From: Octopus vulgaris
Lineage: Eukaryota
Assembly: GCA_951406725.2 (NCBI GenBank)
Contig: OX597827.1
Location: 124,001-188,000 of the forward strand
Length of the DNA: 64,000 bases
Direction of reading: 5' to 3'
In this document: piece by piece, positions 13,690 to 25,815 of the stretch
Numbering within the stretch: the stretch's first letter is position 1
Layout of the letters: each line of letters opens with the position of its first letter
Notes under the pieces: generated by a model
Database searches by the model: none
What the model was told of the DNA's origin: nothing
The model's input: only the letters and a program-made list of their open reading frames with translations
Program-made: the position numbers and the translations under genes

Positions 13690-14820
13690 CTGTTTCAAAT
13701 TTGGTCACAAGAACAGCACTTTTGAGCCGGGAAGGTCAGGTTGATAATATCAACTTCTAGTACCTAGAGCCTTAATTTATTGATCCCTGAACGGATGAAA
13801 AGTAAAGTTAACCTCATCAGGATTTGAACTCTGATCATAAAGCTGTAAGAAACACTACTAAGCATTTTGTCTAACATACTAATAATAATTCTTTCTAATT
13901 TTTGGCTCAAGGAAATTTTGTGGAGAGGGCAACATCGATTACATCAACCCCAGTAATTGATTGGTTCTTTATTTTATTGACCCCCATAAGAATGAAAGGC
14001 TAAGTTGACCTCAACAGAATTTGAAGTCAGAATATGGAATCAGAAGAAATGCTGTTAAACATTTTGTCTGGTGTTACAATAATAATGATAAGTATTTTCA
14101 TGTACATTGTTTTGTCTTGGTATAAAAGATGGGCTACAGCAAATATTCTGCTCAATACCACAGATTGGTTTGTCAGTTGTTTGACTTTAACCTGTTGAGC
14201 ATGTCCCTTAGTGGCTGATGATATGTGCATCTCTGATCATGAGCAAAAGTAGTGGGGGAGCATCATAGCCATGTGTTGAAAGGATTTCTTAGAGGTTTGG
14301 ATAATTCACCTTTGGAAACATAGGTGGTTCAGTCAACATCCTTAAACAATCCTTATTCAGGGACCTTTTGAGTGGGATGGGCTACTCAACCTAAAGAAAA
14401 TTCTAACTGGGCCCCACCCGCAAGGTCATGCGCTGTTTATCTTGATATGACGCGCACATATGTTTGTGATGCATGTGCCTGGTGTACTCTTATCAGACAG
14501 GTAGTCATAATGGGTATACCGGGCTTCGTATATTTTACCCCAGTGTCACTTTGATGGCACGCACTGCTCTCTCACTCAATAATAATAATTATAATAATAA
14601 TAATAGTAATGATAATAATAATAATAATAATAATTATTCATTTTACTATAAGCACAAGACCTGAAATTTTGGGAGAGGGGGCTGCTCAATTAAATTGATT
14701 CTAGTGCCTGACTGTTGCTTATTTTATCAATGCTGAAAAGATGAAAGGCAAAGTCAACCTTGGTAGAATTTGAATTCAGGATGCAATCCCAGAAGAAATT
14801 TCTCTAAACATTTTGTCTTG
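13690..14820. mobile_element. SINE cluster: family A copies on - (13690-13880, 13890-14080, 14640-14820) and another (AAT)n-tailed repeat on + (14091-14637)
   Basis: Recurring gatgaaaggcaaagtc(g/a)acct..gaatttgaactcaga motif, the reverse complement of the B box and core. Confidence 0.8.
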
Positions 14821-14824
14821 TGAG

Positions 14825-16146
14825 TTAGATTAGTGTTTAAAACAGAACTCAGTTTGAAATATAAGATAAGTATTAATACTCTAGCTGTCCCACTTAGAAT
14901 TCACAATTATAATATTCTACATGAATTAGCCAAGCTAGACAAGGAAAAATATTATAATGACAGAATTTAGTATACCACCCAAAATCTGACAGAAAAAGGT
15001 TATATATACAATGAATTGAAGGGTAGACCTCAGGACCTCAGAAATATCTAACTCAGAACCAAAGAAAACTCGTACAAATAGCCACAAAGTATGAGCAAAA
15101 CGAAAATACTGTTTTCAGTTTTCAAGGAAGCTGAAAAATAGGAGAAAGAGATTATTGATACCTGACAACTATGAAGAAAAAGAAGAAATAACAAAAGCTG
15201 TGAAGCAACTAAAATCTAAGCTAAAATTGGAGCTACAAAATACCACAATAGAACAATGACAAGAAAAGCCATTACATAGCAAATACTGGAATAAGTTAAA
15301 CAGAAAAGAAATAGATAAAGTAAAATCCCAGCAGTGGTTGAGAAGTTTGGGACTGAAAGCAAAAACTGAAGGGTTTTTAATTGCAATACAATATCAAGGC
15401 CTCCCCAACAAAAACACATAATGAAGGAAAATACAATAAATAATTGCAGAATAATTAGTGATGGGGAAGAAATAATAAATCATATTGCCTCTGGCTGTCC
15501 AGTCCTGGCTAAAAAGAATATATATACAGACATGACAGAGTTGGGACATATATGCACTGGAAGTTGTGCAGCTCTATGGAATGGCAACAGAAAAAAAAAT
15601 GATATAAGCATATCCCAGAAAGGGTGTCAAAAAATGACAAAATAACCATACTCTGGGATATGCTGATAGACATAAATAGAATTATCAAGGCTAATAGGCC
15701 AGATATTGTTGTTAGGGACCACCAAGAAAAATAATGCTTTGGGACATATCAGTCCCAACAAATGATAATGTTTCTCTAAAGGAAGCAGAGAAACTCTTGA
15801 AATACAAAGATATGGAAATGGAGATAATCCAAATGGGGAGCCTGGAAACAAATAATCCCCATAATAGTAGGTGCATTAGGTATGGTTAAAAAACATGACC
15901 AAAACACCAGGACTTACAAAAATATATTGTTATGCAGCAGCAGTACTAGCAATAGCAGTTGCAGTGTCAATGCCAACTACAGTAGCTGCAGCAACAACAA
16001 TAGTAATAGCAATGACAGCAAGAACTTTCTCTTTAACAAGACAGCACTTACCCAAGACACACAGAGCTGTACTCAATAGTACAGTGAAAGCACCCAATAA
16101 AAATAAGACTACTGAATAATAACAATAATAATAATAATAATAATAA
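14825..16146 (+). mobile_element. 5'-truncated decayed R4/Dong/NeSL-type REL LINE with (AAT)n tail
   Basis: CRI..EEIINHIASGCPVLAK..Y.RHDRVG..HWKLC (CCHC region), ILWD..ANRPDIVV, IIPIIVGALG, then 3' UTR and (AAT)n. Many stops and frameshifts. Confidence 0.85.
15932..16043 (+). pseudogene. 112-bp duplicated fragment of the ZNF-A coding exon (source 18516-18627) inside the LINE
   Basis: Ungapped match with 8 mismatches in 112 by manual comparison. Includes the non-repetitive SKNFLFNKT codons. Confidence 0.92.
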
Positions 16147-16525
16147 TACTTTTTACTATAGGCACAAGGCCTGAAATTTTGGTGGAGGGGATAAGTCAAT
16201 TACATCAACCCCAGTACATAACTGGTATATATTTCATCGACCCCAAAACAATAAAAGACAAAGTCGACCTAATCAGAATTTGAACTCAGAATGTAGATGT
16301 GGAGGAAATCCCGCTAAGCATTTTTCCCAGGGTACAAAGCCAGCAAATTTGGTGGAGGGGGTAAGTTGATTACATCAGCCCCAATACTCAACTGGAAAGT
16401 ATTTTATCAACTTCGAAATGATGTAAAGCAAGGTCAAACTTGGTGGAATTTGAACTCAGAATGTGAAGATGGATGAAAGTCCGCTAAGCATTTCACCCAG
16501 TATGCTAACAATTCTGCCAGCTTGC
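16147..16525 (-). mobile_element. Two head-to-tail family A SINEs
   Basis: Two consecutive copies of the body (gattacatc..cccag/ccaa..actgg..gaatttgaactcagaatg..ccgctaagcattt). Confidence 0.8.
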
Positions 16526-17631
16526 TGCCTTGATGATGATGATGATGATGATGACGACAATACCGCAGTAGTAAGAACAAATATATGTAAAGAGATTAGT
16601 GGGTATAATGGACAGCAGTAGATATAATTTTGTTGATACAGAAGATTCAAATGCTAGGTATTGTGCAAGGGGTTTATGGATGTAATAATAGGGTTATATC
16701 CTAAAACAAATCTTGGATATTCATAAATATACTTGAAAATAAGATTATATTAAAAACCATACATTTTTTTTTTTTGTTTTCTTGAAATTATCACTGCTTC
16801 CAGAAAAGATAAGATAATTGAATTGCATGATAGCAGTTAGGACAGCCCTGCACATGTTTCTGCCTCAGTAAGCATCATCAACACAACAGTTTCTCTATTT
16901 TCTCTCTGGCAGAATGAGATACTTATACAAAAAGAGAGTAGAGCACATTTATGGCCTAGGTAATTTGCATAAATGAAATGAAAATGTGATGGCAGAAACA
17001 ACTCAAAATGGCCAGTGTAAGTATGTATGTGTATCTGTATGCACACAAACATACACACACCTATGAACATATATTTTTTTCTTTATTTTGTGGTACAAAA
17101 ACAGTAAAAGTGCCCAATATACACCCTGTGTTTGCAGTGTCTTTAGTCTGATGTTTGTTTATGTCTTAGATAAATAGATATGTGTATTATCCAAACTAAT
17201 TTGTAATTTGTTATAGTTCCATTCAGTCAACCTCTGTCTGACCGTTTGCTTCAGCAGATTGAGAGAAGTAAGTAATAATTTTGAAATTGCAACCACTCTG
17301 TTTACAAGCGATTCCACAGTCTTTGATGTCACTTGTTATTGATCCTGCATCAGGAAGATCTACTTTGGTGTTAAATAACAAAGAATTTGTGCATGCATTG
17401 GCAAGAGGAAATAAGATCTTTGGTTAAGGATTAGAGTAGGGTGGAAAATCATATGGTTTTGTCTGTAAGGACCAAATAATTTGAGAGAGATTAAGAAGAG
17501 TGGTTAGTGCAGAGCTCAGAGAGTGAGTAAGAACATCTGACAAGGAGAATAAATGGTGCAGAAGGCCTTGTAGTAGTGATAGAATTGGTAGAGATTTGAG
17601 ATAACACGATGTGATATATAAAAGGACCCCC

Positions 17632-17960
17632 TTTGGTCATGAATGACCATGGGATTGCACCTAGGAAGTTACCCTCAGGGGCACAAGTCCAGACAAGGTT
17701 GTTTGTGGAAGACCGGCAGCCGCCCATGCATACCAGCCTCCCCTCTCCATGCCACCAATGTTATCCAAGGGAAAGGCAAAGGCCGGTACGGTTTGGCACC
17801 AGTGATGTCACAACTCATTTTTACAGATGTGTGACCTGGAGCCACATGAAATGAAGTTTCTTGCTTAAGAAAACAACACACAGCCCAGTCTGGGAATCAA
17901 ATTCACTACCTCATGATAGCGAGCCCGATGCTCTAACCATTGAGCCATGCAACTTCACAT
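17632..17960 (-). mobile_element. tRNA-derived SINE (family E-like)
   Basis: Minus-strand head tggctcaatggttagagcatcggg..gattcccagactggg carries A-box and B-box-like motifs. Confidence 0.65.
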
Positions 17961-18016
17961 GTGATATTTCTTTTTATATATGTTTATAGGTGTTAATATG
18001 TGTATACTTTTACTTA

Positions 18017-18232
18017 CAAGGGTGTGCTAAAACTTTCCTGGCTTTAAGGGTATTGCAAAAGGCCTGGTTGGAGGCCCAACCTTCCAAGTTCTTTTACAGG
18101 GCTTAGAAATACTGAAGAACTGCTGCAATAAGTGTGTAAATCTGAGAGGGAAATATGTTGAATAAAATTGTAATTAACCGAACCTCCTAGTTTTCTTTTA
18201 TCCAAAGCCAGGAGCTTTTCAGCATGCCCTTG
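18017..18232 (+). mobile_element. Mariner-derived MITE
   Basis: TA|caagggtgtgctaaaactttcctggcttt ... aaagccaggagcttttcagcatgcccttg|TA. The interior reads GLEILKNCCNKCVNLRGKYVE*, a mariner C-terminus. Confidence 0.85.
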
Positions 18233-18354
18233 TATGTTTATATGTATGTTAGATTTATGTACTTGTATATTTATTAAATTTATAAATTTATAAATTTATG
18301 TTAATATGTTGATTTTGCAGGCACAGTAATTCCAAAAAGCACTCTTCAGCTTTC

Positions 18355-19158
18355 ATGCACATCAATGCATTTGCAGAAGCAACTCGAGCCTGCAATTCTG
18401 ATCTCGATGCTGACCAAGAAATGGTGCAGCACTGTAGCATATGTGGTAAAGGATTTTACCATGTTCATGATTTACGGGACCACGAACTTACCCATATTGG
18501 CAGCACCAGCACCAAATGTAGCAGCAGTAGTAGCAATAGCAGTTGCAATGTCAACACTAACAACAGTAGCTGCAGCAACAACAATAGTAACAGCAATGAC
18601 AGCAAGAACTTTCTCTTTAACAAGACATCAGAAGTTGAGTGCAATGGCAAACTGGGCTCCCCTTGCAATTTGTGTATGAACCAGGAGTACAGCATGTCAG
18701 ACAACAATGGCAAATGTTTATCTGATTGTGATATCTGTGATGAAGAAGGATCTAGTGAAGGCCGCACAAGACGACTCTTGTCAATGGATGCTGAAGCGTC
18801 ACCAGATAGTTGCCATGGCATGACCCATTTTGACTGTGACTTATGTGGAGAGCGATTCAAACTGCGTGGGAGTATGCTTCGACACCGGCAGACACACATT
18901 ACACACCGACCTTTTTCTTGTCCTATATGTGGCAAAATGTTCACACTTCGTGGTAACATGAAAAAGCACCAAGCTATTCACGAAGGCCTGAAACCTTTCC
19001 ATTGCAATGTGTGTGGACGACGATTTGGTCTTCGTGGTAACCTGCGACAGCACCAGGTGGTGCACACTGGAGTTAAACCTTTCGACTGTGCCATATGTGG
19101 TCGCCAGTTTTCTCTACGTGGAAACATGGAAAAACACAAGCGGATACACTCTTACTAA
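18355..19158 (+). CDS. C2H2 zinc-finger protein ZNF-A, main coding exon (exon starts 18321); one isolated finger plus four tandem fingers
   Basis: Intact 267-aa ORF with CSICGKGF..HELTH and four Cx2Cx12Hx3H fingers joined by ITHRP, EGLKP and TGVKP linkers. Acceptor ttttgcag at 18320. Confidence 0.93.
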   Translation: MHINAFAEATRACNSDLDADQEMVQHCSICGKGFYHVHDLRDHELTHIGSTSTKCSSSSSNSSCNVNTNNSSCSNNNSNSNDSKNFLFNKTSEVECNGKLGSPCNLCMNQEYSMSDNNGKCLSDCDICDEEGSSEGRTRRLLSMDAEASPDSCHGMTHFDCDLCGERFKLRGSMLRHRQTHITHRPFSCPICGKMFTLRGNMKKHQAIHEGLKPFHCNVCGRRFGLRGNLRQHQVVHTGVKPFDCAICGRQFSLRGNMEKHKRIHSY

Positions 19159-20337
19159 TTTGTTTTGGTTCAAATAGACTCGGTTTATCATCAGGTAAAG
19201 CAGGTAGGTAGCAATGCCATGGTCTATTTACACTTTCCTAACCTGTTAGCATGAACACATGAACAGACATTTCACTGTTTCATCCATATGAGCCTTGGCA
19301 CAGGGAACAAAGACAGTTTTTGATATTTAGTCCACTGACAGTGTTTCCTTCTACTTTGTGTATGAGAAAAGACTTCTACACCAAGAACAGAAACAGCTTC
19401 ACCTATAATTTTATGTACAGATACAGTCTTCTTTCACTTCAGTCAGTCAACCCACCATTTTATAAACTGCAATTCTATCAACAAAAGCAGCTATCTGCTG
19501 TTCTATGTAAAATTATCAACTTCTGTCATAGTCTGGAGACACAATTATGCACCATCTCCTATTTTTCTATAACAAATAGATCCCTACTTTCATCTTTTTT
19601 GTCTAGTTTTTCTTCTTTTTTTCCTTTCTTTTACTATTTTCTTCTTTCTGTCCTTTTGACTTCTCTCTTCTTTTTTTTTTGTATCCCTTCTTTCTTCTGT
19701 CTTTTTCCCTAATGTCTCCAGTCCCTGTGTTCTCAATCTACTTATCACATGCACCAGGCCTCAACTGTTGAGGTTAGCCTTTACAAGTACCCTATGACAT
19801 TCTGTGGGTTAGGGGTAAGGATAAGGTTGTCTTACAAAACTTTGTTTACATTGATATTTGCTATAACAATCTATCCAAAACATTTGTCACCGATAAAATG
19901 GCCCCACTTATTGTAAAAATCATTTCTGAATTCTCTCCTCACCAATGTCTATGTAAAGAGGCAGTCATCATTAACTAGTCTGAAGAAACAAAACAGTCTC
20001 TTATTCTAATGTGTATAAGATAGGTTGCCCACCCAACACCTTCCATTTTATGTATAGGGCAGTTTCTTATTTATTGACGAACAGGTACAAACTATTGATT
20101 TTTAAACAGACAGTGCCCTTTCACTTTTGTACAATGACAATTTTATATCATTCTGTACACAGAGATGTACATGAATACACTCACCTACTCCCCCCCTCTC
20201 TATATACATACCTACATTAATGTTTGCTCTTATGTCCAGTTTAACAGTATGTAAAATGTTAACGTCTAAAGAAGGCTAGCGAGCTGAAGTTTCAGAATCC
20301 CTGTCACCCCTCTAATTGTAAAAGTTTGATAAACACA

Positions 20338-20371
<34 letters not shown>

Positions 20372-20561
20372 CACACACAAATATATATAAATAAAAAGGC
20401 ACTGTAAAGCACAATATGTGACCAAAGATTGGGCTCCATAGTGAGTTTCACATTCCACTCCTGTATCCAGAGTGGTACAATGCAGAGCATCAATTTCAGG
20501 ATAGACTAGTGGTACAGAATATGAACCAAATAATAGATATAATAAGTTTAAGCAACAGAGG

Positions 20562-21220
20562 CTGTATTAATACTGAGAAGTAATATTTATCCCCACTTAA
20601 ATGTGGATGTTCTGTTAGAACAAACTATACTGTGGTAGATATCATGAGAGAACCTCTCACATTGGCTTTTTGATGCAAAATGCACTTTTGTTTATATCAA
20701 TACTAGCAGCTAAGCCCGGTTTCACCCAGTCTGTTTGGATGATGTGGCTGTAATCATTTTCGGTTAGGTATAATCTATAACAGCATTTATCAACCTTATC
20801 ATTTCAGGTCCTCTGTTTTGATTGAAGCCTCCAGCTATATGAAAAATTCTTGACCCCCACCCTGTCAGACAACAGCTTCTAAGCAACTGGTTGTTTTAAT
20901 GGCAGAAGAAAGAGGGAAATTCCATTAGAAAAAGTTTTAATCGATTTTCTCGGGGTTAGGAAAAAAATACAAGCTGCATTCCAATCTATGCACCTGTTTC
21001 CACATGTGTGCCATTTTTCACGTGAATCCACCCAGCCGTTTGGCTGTGAACCTCAAGACAAGAAAGAATACAACGATCAGCCATGTCCAATTTATATTAG
21101 AGATAAACAAGAGTGTATTTTGCACCAAAAAGCCAATGTAAGAGTTTCTCTCCTGGTAACTACAGCAGTGTAGTTTGTTCCAACAGAAAATCCACTTTTA
21201 AGAGAGGATAAATATTAACT
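20562..21220. mobile_element. Long-TIR MITE, copy 2 (same family as 2538-3006), split by a Helitron
   Basis: Arms at 20562-20697 and 21104-21220 match both arms of copy 1. Confidence 0.8.
20703..21103 (-). mobile_element. 401-bp non-autonomous Helitron
   Basis: Minus strand reads A|TCTCTAATATAAA ... ctgggtgaaaccggg (subterminal hairpin) cttagctgCTAG|T. Inserted at an AT dinucleotide with no TSD. Confidence 0.8.
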
Positions 21221-22310
21221 GTCAGAAATAATAATTAAGCAGAAAACAAGTAAGATAATCAATGCTTTATAGAATATACATGAGTGTAATCAAATTGCTG
21301 TAATATTTTACATAACAGTTGTAGAAACGTTATGCAACTTTGCTCTTCACCTCATCAATGTTAAAATCTACAAATATAGACACTTTTCTTGTTATGCAAA
21401 TCATTTACAATCCTGCATGTTACACAGTATAGCAAGGCACAGAAAAGCGTATCATGGATGTAGGAATGCTGCCATGCTGCTCTCAAATTCATGTAGGTGC
21501 AATCAGTGTGTGTGTGTGCATGCACGCGTGTGTATATGGGAAGGGAGTGGAATTTGCATGTGTTTATGTCATATCTGTTTACATCTGTCTTAAAAGAAAT
21601 CTTTTTCTCCAGCTCTTATATGATAGCCAGCCATTGGCTGATTTATAACTTGAGCTTCACAATCCTCTGCTATCAACATGAACAGTGTTCTTCTCTTATT
21701 TTTTCTCTTTCTCTCTCTACTCACGCCTACATAAATTTGAGAGAAGTATCACATCATTTGTACATCTATGATATGATACATTTTCTGTCCCCTGCTATAT
21801 TGTGTGACTTGTAAGGTTATTGTAAACCTGAAAAGTGTATTTATTTGTAGCTTGTAACATCTGTTATTTTATTTATTGCAAAACACTGACGAGATAAAGT
21901 GAAAGATTGCATAATCTGCCTACAGCTGATGTATACTGTTATGTAATTATTATGAGATTTTGATGAAATGTGCATATGTTCTATAAAGCAATCATCATAT
22001 ATATATGTGTGTGTGTATGTATATATAAAATGTAATTTAGATTTATTTGAATTAATTACTTATATTGAGGCACCTTGCTAGGACGAAATTATTTGCACAC
22101 TCAAACAATATTAGGTGAGTCTCAGACTCTTCTTAGAATTTTTTCCACCAGATATTCACGCAGTGTATTGCAGATGGCACGATGCATCTTAGTGAATAAA
22201 TCCGCTCTTGTTTGTTCAGACATGTACTTTATATAAAGATACTTTCCAAATACTTCCAAAGTACAGATTCCAGGGTAGTTGAGTAAAATATAAAGGAGTT
22301 ACAAAGCTGT

Positions 22311-22431
22311 AAAGTGTTAATTTGTTATGGCCATTTCAAGCAACTCCTTTAATTGATCAATGTAATGATGTAATGCTTTCATTGATCAATTAAAGGAGTC
22401 GCTCAAAATGGCAATAATGAATTGACACTTT
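22311..22431. repeat. Inverted repeat, ~52-bp arms with ~17-bp spacer
   Basis: gccatttcaagcaactcctttaattgatcaatg pairs with cattgatcaattaaaggagtcgctcaaaatggc. Confidence 0.85.
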
Positions 22432-22443
22432 GTTACTCATTTA

Positions 22444-22490
<47 letters not shown>

Positions 22491-24599
22491 ATATATAAAT
22501 GTATGTATATGTGTGTATATTTATATGTATGTATATATATATATATATATATATTAGCAACGAACCGTATGAATGAGCTCAGTTCATTTACACACATACA
22601 CACACACCTACCCTCACCAAGCTATGTAAGTCATTTAATCATTTGATTATTAATAGGTAAGTGTGTATCCTTCTATGGGAACAAAAATAATCTTTTTCAC
22701 CATTATCATCACCATTATTATCATGTCATCATGTAGAGACAGACAGCTAAGTGCCAGTAAATATGAACAAAAGGTTCTATCATGTTGTCATATGTAAGAA
22801 GAGACTGTCTATTTCCAGTTTATGTTAACCAAGAAAGTCGTTTATGATGTTACCATATGTTCACTGAGAATGTATTTACTCAGGGAAACCAACTATAATG
22901 TTATTATATATGGAGAGAAAAAGTACTCTGTTAATCCATGGACAAGGACAGTTTATGATGTGGTGATGAGAAAGGACACTCTTGTATACTATACACTCTC
23001 CAGTACTAAGAGAGTAGATTGTATTTTAAGAATATCATTGCAGGCCCACCATTTTAGCTGAGAGATTTCCTAATAAGACAGAAACAATAGAAAACACTTA
23101 CATACATACACATACAGATGTATACATATATCAGCCTCATATAGTTTTATATAAAGGGCAGTTTGTTCTTATTCCATTTTATATGGAAGGAAATCTTTTT
23201 ATTAATCTGTAAACAAATAACCACACATGCACACACAAATCATCTTCTAACATATTTGAAAGCATATAAGATGAAATTTTTTTTAAAAAGATGTTTCATA
23301 AAAAAAATCACTCCAGGTCCTACATGTGAATTAGACTTCCCATGAGCTAATTCTGTTTCTGACGCTGACCTTTGTTTGAATATGCACTCCTGAAATCGGG
23401 GTGCACTAATATGCCTGTGCATCTTTTATGTCATCAACAAATACTGTACTTACATCCAAAAGGGGATCTCTTGTATGGTAAGTAATATTCTGTTAAGAAA
23501 TATTCTCAATATTCTATTAAGGAGTCTGCTAAAAGTAACATTTTCAAAAGGACCAACATGTGACAGTATTGCACTGAAGGCAGACTGAAAGGGGCCAAGA
23601 CACAAGTTGTGAGACAGTCTGTAGTACAACCATCTTATGTAGATTTATTAAAACATGTTGCATTACCACATGTACTGCTACAAATACACTGTGTTGTCAT
23701 AAAATCTGATGCTTGTATAACTTTGGTGCTGCCTCAGTAAGTTGCACTACTGATGCTTGTGAAACATGCATATTTTGACAACATGTGAGAGTGGCACAGC
23801 ATCTGGTGCTCATACATCATGTAGCTCAGGCAAAGATGCTGTACAATCTTTGGCTACACTACAGGAGTATTTTGCATGACTTGTAAGGCCAGTATTTTAT
23901 GATATCATGTCTCTGTAATTGTTATGACTAAATCACATAGTAATGCCTACACATGTAAATGTTGTCGTGGAACAATCCCTGTCATCTCCACTTGAGTACC
24001 CAGAACACTAAGGTAGCTGATTAAAGAATTCTACAACAACTATTCCAGCTGGGACTATTCTATGGTCAATCTATTTTGAAATTTACAAAACACGATTCCC
24101 ATTTTAATGATCCTGGAAAGTCTGTTAAATGGAATTTAGTTTAACTGATGAATCAAAATCTTGGTCCAGATTTGAACTGATCATTAGTTTTATTTTTGCA
24201 GTGGGGTTGAAGGTCTGTAAGGAATATAAGCATTACTTCTCTGTCTCAGTCTTGCCTATAAGAAGGGAAAATACAAAAGTTCATTGACTGAACAAATTAA
24301 ACTGGTGAACAAATTAAGGTGGTGAACAAGCTAAGGAGGTTAACAAGTTCCAACCTTCTAACATATTTGTAATGTTGTACCCTTCAGTTTGACACAGAAG
24401 TCTGCTGGTTCTAGTTTGCCTAAGTGACATAAAACAGGTTCTATTGACAGCATTAAAATTGTGTGGTTCATGGTAGAGAGGTAACAACAGCAGTTTCAAT
24501 GAAAAGAAACAACAGAAATTCAAAAAAATATCTTTTTCTTGGATATTTGAGAAAATGGATGTGTAGCTCAGAAGTGAAGGAATGTTTCCAGGTAGAGCT

Positions 24600-24890
24600 G
24601 TTACATTTCTGCATTGAGAGGTCATAGCTCTGATATTATGGACATGATTAGAATGTCACAGGAAGGAATCACAAGATAGATTCTTCAAGCCAAGCCAACC
24701 TGCAGGAGACCTAGGGTAGACCAAGAATGAGGTGGTTTGATAATATCCATAGTCTCAGCTGGTCACACCTGGGAATTCAACTGATAAGTGTCATGAAGGC
24801 TGGTTCTGATAAGACCCTACAGAGGAAGTGCCTGAGGACTGTATCCTCATGACCCTTCCCAGGAATAATGGTTGTGGAAATTGGATGTAA
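24600..24890 (+). mobile_element. RTE-like LINE 3' fragment
   Basis: Reads ..YYGH..RMSQEGI..GRP.GRPRMRWFDNI.., an RTE C-terminal pattern. Confidence 0.5.
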
Positions 24891-24899
24891 AACTTCAAG

Positions 24900-25440
24900 G
24901 CTTCTAATTAGTATAGATGATGATTAGTTGACTGAAGAATCTCTGGTTGCTTTTAGAAGTTGCTGCCTTGATAGCTGTTGCCATATACTATTTAATCATG
25001 TAATGATGGTCAACCCTATCAAAAGCTTTTGACTGGTTTAAATTGATCAGGGTCCCACTCATGTCAGGTTCTTTACCTATCCTTTCTATAATGTATCATG
25101 TGAGGTGGAGGTTGTCATTCATTAATCTGTTTGGTATGGCACATGTCTACGCCTCACTTGTCAGCATATTGATGACAAGCACCAACCTCTTAGCTAACGA
25201 CTTGGCCAAAAATTTCAGCTCTGTATTTAGCAGAGTTATGGGCCTTAAGTTGTTAAAAATAACCCTTTTTGTTAGAATCACCACATCTTTTAGTGCAAGA
25301 CTGAGAATGCTCTGGTTTTACTGCTAGTTGTAAATAAAGCAAGAGGCCTGTGAACAAGTCTGGTATATGAAGCTAAAGTGCATTAGGCAGACCATGGACC
25401 CCTAATCTTTTGCCCACTTTTTATCCTTCAACAGGTATTC
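24900..25440 (-). mobile_element. Tx1/L1-clade reverse transcriptase fragment
   Basis: Minus strand reads ..RPITLLNTELKFLAKSLAKRL..TCAIPNRLMNDNLH..LINLNQSKAFDRVDH (RT domains 1-3). Confidence 0.8.
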
Positions 25441-25624
25441 CACTGCTGCTACTGAAACAATGCTGATATGATACAGTTGAAGTTCAGTTTGAGTCTGGTT
25501 CAAACTGTTGTTCATCATTTAGGCTAAATTTCATTTACCAGATTCTCCAACATCTTTAAAATGAGAATTACATTTTAGAAATCCAAAATAGATTGGTTGT
25601 AGAATTGCAATGTACTTAAGACAC

Positions 25625-25815
25625 ATTCTTTTCTACTCTAGGCACAAGGCCCCAAATTTTTTTGGAGGTGGCCAGTCGATTAGAACGACCCCAGTACCCA
25701 ACTGGTACTTAATTTATTGACCCCGAAAGGATGAAAGGCAAAGTCGACCTCAGTGGAATTTGAACTCAGAACATAAAGACAGACAAAATACCACTAAGCA
25801 TTTCACCCAGCATGC
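25625..25815 (-). mobile_element. Family A SINE
   Basis: Reverse complement of the body at 37037-37248. Confidence 0.85.

Noticed and set aside
15882-16079. Separate small ZNF paralogue gene
   Set aside because: Only 112 bp match ZNF-A, with no fingers or splice sites, and the flanks are LINE sequence.
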